Source: Carcharhinus amblyrhynchos
Taxonomy: Eukaryota
Assembly (NCBI GenBank): GCA_965287045.1
Contig: OZ336871.1
Location: 62,248,001 to 62,312,000 of the forward strand
Direction of reading: 5' to 3'
Length of the DNA stretch: 64,000 bases
Within the stretch, counting starts at the first letter, position 1, and the number at the start of each line of letters is the position of its first letter. A model generated the notes under the pieces. It made no database searches, was not told where the DNA came from, and saw nothing but the letters and a program-made list of their open reading frames with translations. The translations under genes were made by a program, and so were the position numbers. Below are positions 13,386 to 26,559 of this stretch, piece by piece.

Positions 13386-15149
13386 GTTAAGAGAAATCTT
13401 TGTTCTTTTTCATTTCTGTGCCTCTTGTCTTTTATTGCTTAGGCTTGGCAAAAAAGGATAATATCTATTTTTGTTCTAGGTTGTTGCAAAAATTAAATGT
13501 TTGATCAATCTATTGTCTGTTTAAAATCCTTCTATTGTTTTCATTTCCCAATATTTCTCTGTTTTTAGTGGAACGTGGTGATATCCTCTGTTAGTACTAA
13601 TGTTCAGTAATTTTACTGACCTACTTGTACTATTGTATAAATAAGCGAGTGGTGTTTGTTGTGGGAGGACAGCTTTTTATGAGCTGTATGCAATGGACAT
13701 GTAGTCTCCCAGTGTGGTAAGTGCTTGCTCTCTTTTTTAAATAGTTTTTTTCATCTAACCAATTGGCATCAGATGTACATTCCCATTTAGTCAAAACCTG
13801 GAAAAACAAGCATTATTTCATGTTGGCAAAGGGCATAATTACCTCTACAAGGTAAATTCTAAACTACAGATTTATTTAATAAAATATCAAAGTATAAAGC
13901 ACAATACAGGTGAGCTAAATGTAAAATATTCTATTAAATTATAATGGCCAAGAAGTGACAGTTTGCAATATTAATAAAGGAACACAAAGTAAATGGGCTA
14001 AAGCCTCTGTCAAAACAGTTGTCATAGGAATACCTTACATGCATGCTAAGCTTTTCTATGCTATAATTATGATGAGTAATTTATAGGCTTATATTTAATT
14101 ATACTGGCTATGCCATAATGTAGTTTTTAAAGGTATACAATTACCTTGCAAGCTAAGCATCCCCCTAAAGAAAAATAGCAACTGTTTGGAGAATCAGTAT
14201 TAATTGTCAATAGAATTCAGTTTTTCTTTATAGTCAGATATCTAGTCCACTAGAGTTCTTTTTACTGAGGGAAACCTGCATTGGGTGATGGAATGCTAAT
14301 AAACTCAACATCATTATTACTTCCACCCTCTGCAGAATATCTCTCAAGTACAAATGGATCTTTGATGGTAATAATAGTGAAATCCAAGCTCAGATCATTA
14401 CAACTGAAAACGTAAATGAAAGTCAGCATTTGAAGAGAAAAGCGTTGTCATCTAATTAGAAAATAGTGATGGGCAGAAGTGAAATCAAAAGCCACATATA
14501 TAATAAATATTTATATAAATCAACCACATTATTTAGAATCAAGATATAATGGACCAGTTTCAAAGCCTTGAGTTTGTGCAAAATTTTGGAATTGCTAAAA
14601 GGTTGTTCTAAAAATTGCATGAGAGGAAATGTCCAGTGCCATCAGAAATTTTACAAAATGGTGTTCCATTTATACACGGGAATTTCTAGCTTGCAATTGT
14701 ATCTTTCAATATATATTTAAGTTGTTTTCCTTTACAATATATATTCAATTACTAGAAAATCAAATTGTCAGATAAATTGTGTGAGTATAAGGACGATATT
14801 TCTTTTTTTATGTCCTTTTTGTTCCCCATTCAGTCCATTCATTCTCTGTGTATGTTAACCATGTCATTCTTGCTTATGCTAATATCTGAGAATCAACTTT
14901 CTTGATTGCCATGATTCCGTTATGGTGCAACTATCTGAAACCTAGAAGCATGACAACATTATAATAATGACAATCTATCTTCAGACAGGTCATACATGAC
15001 CTCATTTAAAATGATTTGTTTCTGTCTGGTTTTTGCAGCCCTAATGTAATAAATGGAAATTATTATCACATAATACACACTTTCACTCACTGAACATTTT
15101 GCACCATCAAGCCAAAGTTTTGCAGGTCCAGTCCTTGATTTTAAGTCCA

Positions 15150-15633
15150 CATTCACTATCCTTGTGATTGCCAGTGGGGGTCAAGATCTGGAAGTTGCAG
15201 TTCTCTCTCTGTCCCTCACCGGCAATACCATCAGGTTAACACCCATAACTGGAGAGGAGTTTGGGGGGGGTGAAGGGGGAAGTGGGGGGGATGTTGAAAG
15301 GTTGGAGAGAGAGAGAGAGAGAGAAGGGACTGATGATCAGTGGGAAAGCTGACTCCAAAAGGGGATGGGAAGCCCCCGAGACCTCTACGGCAGTCTGGGG
15401 GGAAGGCTTACTGTGGTTTGAATCAGGCCGCCCTTTAGAGATAGCACCCCAATCTCTATGCAGCCAGGTTTTACTTTTACCTGTCCTGAATGGTGGTGAG
15501 AAACATGCTCCTTTGATTTTTTTCGGCGAAGTGTGTTAAGTTCTGGAGAGAAAACTGACAAGTTTCTCTGTAGAGAAACACACTGGTTTTCTCGCCAGAA
15601 ACAACAGTTCGCCATTTTTAGTGAGATTCCCCC
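15150..15633 (-). mobile_element. Harbinger-type non-autonomous element fragment (same family as 19590 and 25325)
   Basis: 15540-15633 resembles the reverse complement of the ctctccagaaacacagc..gagttttc terminal region at 19590-19700 and 25325-25450. It includes a (GA)n tract at about 15304-15324. Confidence 0.5.
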
Positions 15634-16588
15634 ATAGTACTTTCACTGTTCTTTTTGATTTTCCTGCCTAACAATAAGTAAGCTCAAGGACTAGTGTGGA
15701 CTTATGTTATTTCTAAGAATAAATGTGTTACATTTGATTGCTGAAAGTGTTTTTCTGTCTAGGGCTTCTGCTACTCTGTATTTAAAGTTCAAGATCTCCT
15801 CAATGTTTATCAGCATTGCAAATTTCTCCCTTATGCTGCAAATAATGCAGTTTTATATTTCACCTTCATAAATATCTGGATGTATCTTTTCCCCTGGATA
15901 TTCCCTTCTTTCTAGACTGTCAGTACAGGTGTAAATATTCCACATGCATCACACTTTATTAAATGTATTAATATATAAATGTTGCCATTAAAATATGAAG
16001 GAAAATGACTAAATTCTAAATGAATTGTATAAATACTGAGGACCACCTTCAATTTCATCAAAGTACCATCATTACAAGCTCTGACATAACAGATTAACAG
16101 GTTTATTTGTATTGAGTTTTACATATGTATGTTAGGTCAGCAAAAAGGTTAATGGGGAAAGTATAATATTTATCTTGAAATTGGAATCCTCTATATTTTG
16201 AAACTAAAATTGTTGAATTCTGATACCCTGAACATTTTTGTTTATATTTCTTTCGCTCCAAGTACAAAAGTCAATTAATTCAGCCCAGGAAAACACCTTG
16301 AGGTTAACCAGCATATGATTTTTTTTGCTCTCTGCCACCATTGCGCCTTGAAGAGGATGCCTTCCTACTCCAGCCTTCATCATAGGCTTTATCTTATCCA
16401 ACATTGTGGGATTGAGATGATCACTGGAAACCTCTGATCATGTCCACAGCTGGGATTCTCCAGTGCTGCTGCAGTGAACGGAGTTTAAGCTGAGCGCCAG
16501 GAGCAGCGGGGCAAGATTGAGCAAAATCGGAAAATCCTGTCTGATTTCTCTCATTCCCATTGCATTCTGATCTGTTTTTCTACACATG

Positions 16589-17505
16589 GGGCCTGATTTT
16601 AACATTTTGATTCTAAGTGCTGAATCTGGGTGCAATTCAAATCCAACTTGGAAATCTGCTTTCAGGTGTCCCCATACGCATTAAGCCTGTAAAAAAAAAA
16701 GGCGGGTCCGAATCACACTGTGGGTGGGCCTTAGCACACCTGGAACGATCGGAGCTCTGAACTGCGCATGTGCAGTTAGAAAAAAAAATGGAAAATCGTG
16801 CCGCTGTCATATCGCTCCCGGTCCGCAAAAGGTGTTTAAGGCGGCCTGAAAGTGATGAACCCCGCAGACATCACCCCCACCCCTACAACATAACCATCCC
16901 CCTTATCCACCCACCCCTACCACTACCCAGACCGATCGCAGCCCTCTGTCCCCTTTCCCCCCCACCGATTGCCCGCAGAGTGACAGCAGACCGCCCCCGG
17001 ATCCATCTGGCCTCCCCCCCACCTCCCCCCAGCCCCGCGCCCCCCACCCCCCGCCACCAGTGATCCATCTGGCCACCCCCCAAGTATATTTCACATACTC
17101 ACAGCGGACTATTTTGACAGTTTTATTAATTAAGTGCACGTGCACTAGTAAAGCTGTGGAATCCTTTCTCTCTGTTGCCTGTACTTGCAAAATTCACTGA
17201 GGGACATATCCAGGCCTTTACTGAAGTTGTGTAATGAAACATACAGGTGCGTATACAAATAACCGTTGTTTGATTCAACAACATTTGAAATTGTGTTTAG
17301 CAACAGCCAACTTGGAGTAAATTTTAAGAGCCGCATTTCCAAGTTTAGAAGATAATTCGGGAAATGGTAATAAAATAATTTCTACTTCTTCTGAACATGC
17401 TGGTGTAGGGGTAAAAAACAACATTCATGGCAAGTGAAATATAATCTAAGTAGCATTTATAACAGGAATGATCAGAATTAGAAATGTGATGGGATAGAAT
17501 TAACC

Positions 17506-17539
<34 letters not shown>

Positions 17540-18119
17540 AGAATGATCGGACCTCTCTCCTCCCTCACTCCGTCTGACCTGCCTTCCCCCCACCAGAAAA
17601 TGATTGGGCCTCCCTTCTACCCTCACCCACAACCCATCAGACAATGATCTGTCCTCCTCCCAAGCCCTACCCTCCCACCTACTACCAGAAATACACCTGA
17701 CCCGTCTCCATCTCCCTTCTCCCCACCAGAGAATGATCTGGCCTTCCGGTCCCCCCCACCACCACCGATCTGAATCAGAGAGCCGTTGGAAGCTCCGAAC
17801 CTACCTCTTCAGCAGCTGCAGTGCCCAAAACAGACCTTTGTCGAGCCTGTCTGTTTCGTGCCAAATCTAGACGCGCGAATGCGATGGTAAAGGGAGAGGT
17901 TCTGGTAAAGTTGGACAGGCAGCCCATTAATTCAATTGAAATGCATGCAAATGCATTTAAATCGCTGTTGCACCTGTTTTGGGCGCGAATTGTATTGCAG
18001 CCATTCCCAGGCCTCGGTAAAATGGGCATCTACGTGGACGCGAGCACAGATCGGGTTAATAGCCTCATGCCCAATTTTACCATATTTTCACGCCCAGATG
18101 CAATGGTAAAATCGGGCCT
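16589..18119 (+). mobile_element. Non-autonomous Harbinger-type element, copy 1
   Basis: TIRs are gggcctgatttta and taaaatcgggcct, with a 3-bp TSD ATG on both sides. It is homologous, in inverted orientation, to 31280-32440 and has a C-rich core with C32 at 17507-17538. Confidence 0.85.
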
Positions 18120-18295
18120 ATGATTTATAGTTTCATTATCAAACAGCACTAACAACACATCCTTCCAGTTACTATTTACCATCTCATCTCAGTCATATCA
18201 AAGGATTACTTTCATCTTTGCTCCATGCATCCTGGTCTGACTTGTACAATTCCACTAAGGGCACCATCATCTGTCTGTTCATCCAGGATTTTGCA

Positions 18296-18592
18296 GCTCC
18301 AGGGACCTGGGTTCAATTCCCGGCTTGGGTCACTGTCTATGTGGAGTTTGCACATTCTCCTCATGTCTGCATGGGTTTCCTCTGGGTGCTCCCACAGTCC
18401 AAAGATGTGTGGGTTATGTTGATTGGCCATGCTAAAATTGCTCCTTGGTGTCCTGAGATGTGTAGGTTAGAGTGATTAGTGGGTAAAATATGTAGGGATA
18501 TGGGGGTAGGGCTTGGGTGGGATTGTGGTTGGGGCAGACTCAATGGGCCAAATGGCCTCTTTCTGTACTGTATGGTTTCTACGATTTCTATG
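18296..18592 (+). mobile_element. HE1-like V-SINE with CR1/HER1 tail, 5' truncated
   Basis: It has the B-box gggttcaattccc, the V-core gtggagtttgcacattctcc...cccacagtccaaagatgtg, and a tail ending (ttctatga)n. Confidence 0.85.
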
Positions 18593-18679
18593 ATTTGGTA
18601 TTTGGCATCTTTGAACAACTATGTGTTTGTTTGACTTTGTTGTTTACTAGGATTATTTTTGCTTTAAGTAACATTTGCT

Positions 18680-19440
18680 TCACACAAGGCAATAACCATC
18701 TCCAACAAAAGAAAATCTAACCATCTCCCTTTGTCATTTAATGACGTTTATATCACTGAATCCTCCACTATCAACATCCTAGAGGTTACCATTGACCAGA
18801 AATAGAAATAGACCAGCCATATAAATACTGTGGCTGCAAAGGCAGATTGGAAGCAAGAAATCCTGTAATGAATAATTTATCTCCTGACTCCTAAAAGCCT
18901 GTCCACCATCTATAAAGCACAAGTCAGGAATGTGATGAAATATTCTGCCATTTGCCAGGATTAGTGCAGCTCCAACAACACTCAAGAAGTTCAACACCAT
19001 TTAGGACAAAGCAGCCCACTTGTTTGGAACCTCACCCACCACCTTCAATACCCATTCTTTCTACCACCAACACACAGTAGCAGCAGTGTGTACCATGTAC
19101 AAGATCCACTGCAGTAACTAACCAAGACTCCTTTGACACACTTTCCAAACCCGCAAACTGTACCACTTAGAAACGGAAGGCAGTAATTGCACAGGAAGAT
19201 CACAAATTGCAAGTTCGTCTCCAAGCTGCATATCATCCTGACTCAGAAATTTATCATCATTCCTTCATTGTCGCTGGGTCAAAATGCTGGAATTCCCTTC
19301 CTCACAGCACTATGGGTGTACCTACACCACATGGAGTGCAGCACTTCATGGTAGTGATGACTCACCATCACCTTGTTACAGGCAATTGGAGCTTGGCAAT
19401 AAATGCTGGGGATGGCCACATCCCAAGAAAGAATAAATTA
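18680..19440 (+). mobile_element. 3' part of a second CR1-group LINE family
   Basis: It encodes a decayed RT C-terminus (TIYKAQVRNVM.YS, SAAPTTLKKFNTI.DKAA). The 3' UTR ggcaataaatgctgg...cacatccc is shared with the SINEs at 24787 and 55866. Confidence 0.8.
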
Positions 19441-19589
19441 AAAAATAATTACCTAACCAGAACAAAAAGCTGTGCTGAATAAGTTGATGCCAATGGGTCT
19501 TCATTTCCAATCTTCCAGAACTTGGACACAGAATTTCATTTCGACAAAAAAAAGTGAAATTGTTCTAATGACTACTCATCAGAAATGTG

Positions 19590-19950
19590 TAGGACAGAAT
19601 TTTCATGAACTCTGCAATGTCAGGTTCAGACTGAAAACAAATTGTGCATACCTCTCCAGAAACACAGCTGAGTTTTCACTCTAGACTTTCTGACATCAGT
19701 GCACAGAAAATCTGGGGACATAGAGTGCACTGTCACTCTGGTGGGGCAGGGTCTGGTAGTACAAACCAGGCTAGCTCCACAGGGATCAGGGCGCCATTTC
19801 TAAAGGGCTAGCCGATCTGCACTAAAAATAAACTTCCCCATTCCCCCATGGACATGATGAGTTTGCCCTAACAAGTGAGCTTCGGAATATTCACCTCCTC
19901 CCACTAAGCGAGCCTTGGGGCTTTCCCCTCCCCACATTAAGCAAGCAACA
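19590..19950 (+). mobile_element. Harbinger-type non-autonomous element fragment
   Basis: It shares ctctccagaaacacagc.gagttttca, agaaaatctggggac and gatcagg.cgccat with 25325-25520. Confidence 0.6.
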
Positions 19951-21196
19951 AGCCATAACGGGATTTGCACTCATGGCTAAATTGCAGCCATAATTCCATG
20001 TTTACCTCATCTTTATGTGACAGCCCTTCTTGCAACTGCCAATTTATTAAAACCTGATAATATAGTTTAGAGGCATGAAATGTCCTGTAACTCACTCTAT
20101 GTAATGCTCTGATAACTAATCATCCCAGAGTTCACATGGATGGCCATTGGCTTTTCAAATGGTGGGAACTACTGGTTAGAATCTGGACTCAGAGGCCAAG
20201 CACAATTATTTTTATATTTGCATATATGGCTACATTTGCATTCCATAATTATAACCTGCCACCTCATTAACTTTTGTTACTTATGTAAATTCCTAGGTTA
20301 TAACCTTCACTTGCTGTACAATGCATCCCCTGTCCAACAATCACCACTCCTAGCCTTCCAACACAAGTTTCTCTCTCCCTGCCTTAAATTTACTTGAATT
20401 TGTTTCATGGAGCTGGATTTTCAATGAGTCAGGGAGACTCCCTACTGGGGTGAAAGTGGCAGCTGGGATGAGATTCTGTGATTGCAAACCCCGTTACTGG
20501 ACGTTCTGATTTTTATTAGAGCCCTTTGAAGGTGCAGTTTGGTTTGGGTTGCAAGCCTGCATCCTGCAATGGTTCCATTGCAGAATAGGCATGTCTTAGT
20601 CCTTCATAATCCTCATGGAATCAGACCAGCTTTACAAAAAGTCATGGTTCACCACCCCTCAGGGGATGTTGTGAGCTCTAGTCTGCATGAGGGAATCTTT
20701 TCAAAAGTAAGTTCCAAAGATGCTCCATACTTCCCCAGCACCAATATACTTTCTGCTCCCAAGACTCCTCATGCCAAGGTATGCAATCCCATCCTCTGCT
20801 GTGACCCATTTGGCCTCTTATGTTCCAATGCCACAGTATGCTTCCACCCAAACCTATGGTGCCTCATGCCCAGCGATGGCACTTGGGCACTTACATGCTT
20901 ATTAACCCACAATACTCCATACCAAATCAATGAGCCCATAGTGACAACATGATGTGTCAAAAACAGGCTTTAAAAAGTCATATGTTGGTAACTTCTCACT
21001 CTCTTAAAAAAAAGCCTAGTTTTGCTACCGGTCAATAAAAGCGTCAATCATTTAGACACATTAAAACATCAATAACAGAAACTACAAGCACTTAAAACTA
21101 TTTTGTGTAAATAAATCCTGTGAAATTGACAGAACACATCACAGAGCAGGAAGTGTCAATCAAGTAATGTTTTCCCTAGGGCTCAGCTGTTTTTAA

Positions 21197-21468
21197 AGTA
21201 AAGTTTATTTATTAGTCACAAGTAAGATTTACATTAACACTGCAATGAAATTATTGCAAAATTCCCCTAGTTGCCACACTCCAGCACCTGTTCAGGTCAA
21301 TGCACCTAACCAGTACCTTTTTCAGAGTGTGGGAGGAAACCGGAGCAAACCCATGCAGATTCAGGAGAAGGTGCAAACTCCCCACAGACAGTGACCCAAG
21401 CCGGCAATCAAACTCAAGTTCCTGGGGCTGTGAGGCAGCAGTGCTAACCACTGTGCTACCGTGCCACC
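21197..21468 (-). mobile_element. V-SINE with HE1-like head and alternative (TAAACTT-repeat) tail
   Basis: The reverse complement gives ggtggcacggtagcacagtggttagcactgctgcctcacag, then the V-core, then ttcattgcagtgttaatgtaa...cttgtgactaataaataaacttt. Confidence 0.85.
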
Positions 21469-22911
21469 CTAACAGTTGAATGGATTTCTGAGCTCTCAGT
21501 CAAGAATGCATTCTGAGGTTTAGCACTTCTATTTTAAAAGTAACTGGAAAGTTACCAATGAATGGTGTTTCTTTTTGGATAATTTTTCTACGTGTCCTGC
21601 TGTCACTATTTGGGTTTATTATAACAACTAGTTGGTGACTTTTTATGGAGGCAAAACGGCTCATAGTTGAGGGGGAGGCATGAGATGGCGTGTAGGGTGA
21701 GAGGTAAGGGCTGAAGGCTCTTAGGTTTTTCATTATAATTGGGATTGCACTGAGGTGAGCTTTTTAAACAGCCCAATTTGACTCCTGACAGCCCCTGTGG
21801 CTGCCTCCAATCAAATTCCCAAATTGACTGAGTGAAATGCAAAACAGACTCGCCACCCTGGCACTTCCTACTGGGGCAGTTGGGCTGGGAATTTTCCCAA
21901 CTCCCTCTATCCATCCCAAGAATGTGAACCCAGGCCATTGAATCTAAAGATCTCTTTCTGGCAAGATGCCCATTATTTCTATGTTTTGTATTCCACCAGT
22001 TTCAAATGCTTTATTGAAAAATTAACTTTTAATACACAATGCTGTAAATTTCTTTGCATCTATGATGCTCTGTTGCCTGTGCTCCATTGCAAAGCTATTA
22101 TTTATTTCAGTTGTCGTAACTCAATCAATTTGACATCATTTTCTTCTCCAAAGATTCATGAATCCAACCTCTTTTCCAGACTTCCTCTCATCACTTCTTT
22201 GTTCTCCCTGGCAAGGTTGAACTCTCCACACTTCTAAATGTCTGTGGGTTTGTATTGCATTGTGTTTCCTAGCAAAATGGACCTCTGTCATTTTAATCTC
22301 TTTATAATATTTTCTTCAAAATCTTTACACATTGCCACTCTTCCCCAGTTGATTTGAGGTCAATCCATATCAATGGAGATTATTTCGTTTAATGCACATT
22401 CCTGTGGCTCTAGTATCCTAGGATTTCAGGAGGGTTTAATTCTTTCATCTTCTGAACATTTTTCTGGTACTGCACTGGTTAAGATCTTGAAGCAATTATT
22501 TCTTCCTTGCCACAGAAAAGGGATTCTGAGCTCTGACAGCTTTACATTCAACCCAAGACTTCCTATTGTTATGCATTCTCTTCTTCCACTTCTTCCAGGA
22601 AAGGGAGACAATACCTTTATTTGGATGTTAAATTAGATTTTGAAATGCCTCTGTCCATTACTACACTTTCTCTGGACACATGGATATTAACAGTTCAAGT
22701 GGAATCATTTTGATGATCTTTTCAATAATTATGGTTTGAATTATTTCTTAAATTGTACAACTTTCAGTCCATCTTTGTTACCCTGGGATGTTGTAATCTG
22801 CCTCAAAATGGGCTATTGGAAATTCTCCACTCTCCATTTGAAAGTTTGTCCATGAGATTTCCCTCTCCCTAAGACTCAATGAGTTTATATATTTTAAGTC
22901 CTTATTCCTTG

Positions 22912-24275
22912 GAAAAATGCTCGAATCCATCATCAAAGAAGAAATAGCGAGGCACCTTGATAAGAATTGTTTGATAGAGCAGACGCAGCACGGATTCGTT
23001 AAGGGGAAGTCATGTCTGACAAATTTATTGGAATTCTATGAGGATGTGACTAGTGCGGTAGACAGAGGGGAACCAGTGGGTGTGGTGTTTCTTGATTTTC
23101 AAAAGGCGTTTGATAAGGTGCTGCACAAAAGGTTGCTTCAGAAGGTTAGGGGGCATGGAGTTGGGGGTAAGGTGTTAGCGTGAATTGAGGATTGGTTGTC
23201 TAATAGGAGGCAGAGAGTTGGTATCAATGGGTGCTATTCGGATTGGCGGTTGGTCACTAGTGGAGTGCTGCAGGAATCAGTACTGGGGCCTCAGCTATTT
23301 ACCATTTATATAGATGATCTGGAGGACGAGGCTGAGTGTAGGGTGTCAAAATTTGCTGATGACATGAAGATAAGTGGAAAAGCAAATTGTGCGGAGGGTG
23401 TGGAAAGTCTGCAGAGGGATCTAGATAGGCTAAGCGAGTGGGCGAGGACCTGGCAGATGGAGTACAATGTTAGCAAGTGTGAGGTTATCCGCTTTGGCAG
23501 AAATAATAGTAGGAGGGATTACTATTTAAAGGGCGAAAAGCTGCAGCGTGCTACGGTGCAGAGGGACCTGGGGGTCCTTGTGCATGAGTCGCAAAAACCC
23601 AGTCTGCAGGTGCAGCAGGTGATCAAGAAGGCAAATGGGATGCTGGCCTTTATAGTGAGGGGGATAGAATATAAAAGCAGGGAGGTCTTGCTGCAACTGT
23701 ACAAGGCAGTGGTGAGGCCGCAGCTGGAGTACTGTGTGCAGTTTTGGTCGCCGCACTTGCGCAAGGATATTTTGGCCTTGGAGGGAGTGCAGAGGAGGTT
23801 CACTAGGCTGATACCGGAGATGAGGGGGTTGGACTATAAAGACAGCCTGAATAGACTGGGTCTGTAGAAGGGTGAGGGGGGATCTTATAGAGACGTATAA
23901 GATAATGAAGGGGATGGATAGGGTAGAGGTAGAGAGATTCTTCCCGCTCACAAAGAACAGCAGGACCAGAGGGCACAGCCTCAAGATAAGGGAGGAGCAG
24001 TTTAGCGCAGAGTTGAGGAGGAACTTCTTCACTCAAAGGGTAGTGAATCTCTGGAATTCCCTGCCTGTTGAAGTGGTGGAGGCTACCTCGCTAAATATAT
24101 TTAAGACACGGGTAGATAGGTTTTTGGTAGGCAAGGGAATTAAGGGTTATGGGGAGAAAGCGGGAAAGTGGAACTGATCCACTTCAGATCAGCCATGATC
24201 TTATTGAATGGCGGGGCAGGCTGGAAGGGCTAGATGGCCTCCTCCTGCTCCTATTTCTTATGTTCTTATGTTATG
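22912..24275 (+). mobile_element. Young 5'-truncated CR1 LINE (RT domain plus 3' UTR)
   Basis: The ORFs at 22917, 23196 and 23872 give QHGFVKGKSCLTNL, FLDFQKAFDKV, SGVLQESVLGP, FADD and EYCVQFWSPHLRKD. There is one in-frame TGA and one small deletion. The tail is (ttcttatg)n and the candidate TSD TTCCTTG lies at 22905-22911 and 24276-24282. Confidence 0.95.
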
Positions 24276-24501
24276 TTCCTTGAGTGGTTTATTACAAATT
24301 AGTCCATTATCTCTCATGCAGCTTAATTGCCCTGTTGACCATTTGGCTTTTCCTAGGTGAAGAATCTTCAATGTTAGATATCCCTGCCAATAGAGTGTGT
24401 CTCTTTTAGAATTCTGTTGTATTTTTGAGAGGCTGAACTCATATTTCCCTTGAAGTTTAAGAATTCCAGTTCTTGCTGTTTGCTTTGCCTTGTTGGCCAC
24501 A

Positions 24502-24615
24502 GGGTGGGATTCTCTGGTCTCGACCTTGTCAGGACCCCATTGCAAATGAGAATGGAAAATTTGACGTTCCAAACAAAACTCCTTTCACTCTCAGCAGCAC
24601 TGGAAAATCCCAGCC
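24502..24615. mobile_element. Short Harbinger-type MITE
   Basis: Ends are gggtgggattctctgg and ctggaaaatcccagcc. It is related to 8652-8776. Confidence 0.6.
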
Positions 24616-24786
24616 ATGAAAGAGGACAGAAGATTTCATAAGTGCTGTCCTCCATTTAGGAATTGGCTGCTTGGCTGATGAGGGAAGTCAGCAAAGCAGA
24701 TCTTCAAAATACATTACGCAGATGGGCTGTTCTGCCACAGGTGGGAATTCAGTGATAGAAAGAACAATCAAATTGAAATTGAGTTA

Positions 24787-25098
24787 GGGAGGTGATGGCC
24801 GAGTGATATTATCACAAGACTATTAACCCAGAAACTAGGCTAATGTTCTGGGGAGCCGGGTTTGAATCCTGCCACAGCAGATGGTAGAATTTGAATTCAA
24901 TAAAAAATATCTGGAATTAAGAATCTACTGACAACCATGAAATGATTGTTGATTGTGGGGGAAACCCATCAGGTTCACTAATGTCCTTTATGGTGGGAAA
25001 TCTGCCATCTTTACCTGGCCAACATGTGACTCAACTACTCTTCAAGAGCAACTAAGGATTGATAAATGCTGGCCAGCCAGCGACGCCCATGTCCCATG
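24787..25098 (+). mobile_element. tRNA-derived SINE with a tail shared with the LINE at 18680
   Basis: It is highly similar to 55866-56220, has the B-box gggtttgaatcc, and ends ataaatgctggccagccagcgacgcccatgtccca. Confidence 0.85.
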
Positions 25099-25324
25099 TA
25101 CCCTGAATCTCATATCTGGAGTAGTGATTTGAATTTTTAACTCGCACCACAACTCATCTGCCAAAAACTGAAATACAAATAACAGTGGGGCCACAGTTTC
25201 CACTGTATTGAATCAAACACTCCTTTAAAAAACAAGAAATTGAAAGGAAAATGCTGGAAATCTGAAAATGCTGGATTAACTCAGCAGGTCAGGCAGCATC
25301 TGTGGAGAGAGAAATAGAGTTAAG

Positions 25325-26356
25325 AGGTGGAATTTTCCCATAAATGACAAAATGTCAGGATTTGACAGAAAACTGGGGTCTATCTCTCCAGAAACACAGC
25401 AGAGTTTTCAGACCAGATCTGCAAACACCTAATGACCAGAAAATCTGGGGACCTGGTTTATGAGATCATTCTAGCAGGGCGGGACCTGAAGAGATCAGGA
25501 CGCCATCTTTAAAAAGTGCCCTGGTCTGTGTTTAGAATATGTTCCCCCAAAACCCCTGTGGTCCGTGGGGGCACCCACAAGCTTTGGGGGTGACAACCTC
25601 CCCATCAGGAAGTATGAAGGGCAACTCTTCACCCCTCTCCCCTGCCATCTACCCCAGCACCACGCTGTCATTGGGGCACTCCCCTCTTCTCCAGCCCTAC
25701 TCCAGCCCCCCACCTCCTGTTCTCAGCAGTGTACTACTCCTCTCTCTCCCCTATCACCATCCATCACACATAAGAGGAACTCCCTGCCAATGGAGTAGGG
25801 TTAGCCCCCCAGCAGTGCCCACTTGGTACTGCTGCTGCCAGAGTGCCAGGGGCAATGTCCACCTTTGGTCTTTAACCAATAGGGTCTTCAGGCACCTCCA
25901 CCCCTGACATGGTCATCATGAGTAGTTGTTGTTTCTTTGCCAGTGTGATGTTATTATGATAAATGGCAATGGGAAATCTATGCAAAGTGTGTCTTGACAG
26001 CACATTCAAACATGTCAGTCCCCAGGTACCTTTCTACCTTTTTTCACCCCTGACATTTCATCCCACCCTGGATTGAAGTTGAAGCTAAAACATAAAGACT
26101 GCCAGGCCAAATGGCCCATCCTCCGACCATAAAAGCTGAAGGGCCATGTAAAATTGTGTTCAATTGGCGCCTTAATGGGTTAAATTGCCTGCTTGATTGT
26201 TGATGAGCTTTCTACTAACTCTGGTGTGCGCCAGCCATCTGAAATGTTGCTCAAGTACGCAATGATGTTGGGACACATGCCCTCAATCTTCTCACATCAC
26301 TTCACATTTTTCTAGATCGGATGCATGCCTGCCTAAGCAATGTCAAATTCTGGCCC
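25325..26356 (+). mobile_element. Harbinger-type non-autonomous element(s)
   Basis: It starts aggtggaattttccc and the region ends aaattctggccc. The 5' part is homologous to 19590-19830. It may be two fused elements. Confidence 0.5.
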
Positions 26357-26559
26357 ATAATGCATGGGTGCTATTTATATTTTTTCTGTTGCTTTTGGTA
26401 CTAAGATGGAAATTTTGCCAATGCTGCACATTGCAGTTGAGTCTTATTTTCTTCCCAATGGCTTAGTAGCTGAGTCTTTATGGGGAGGGTGGGAAGTGGT
26501 AGCATTGATTTAAGATAGCTTTACAGTACTTCAGGGCTAGGATGTTCTGGAAGGTTCAA

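Noticed and set aside
22917-24177. Functional reverse transcriptase gene or retron-like system
   Set aside because: It is a 5'-truncated CR1 with a stop codon, a frameshift and a typical LINE tail.
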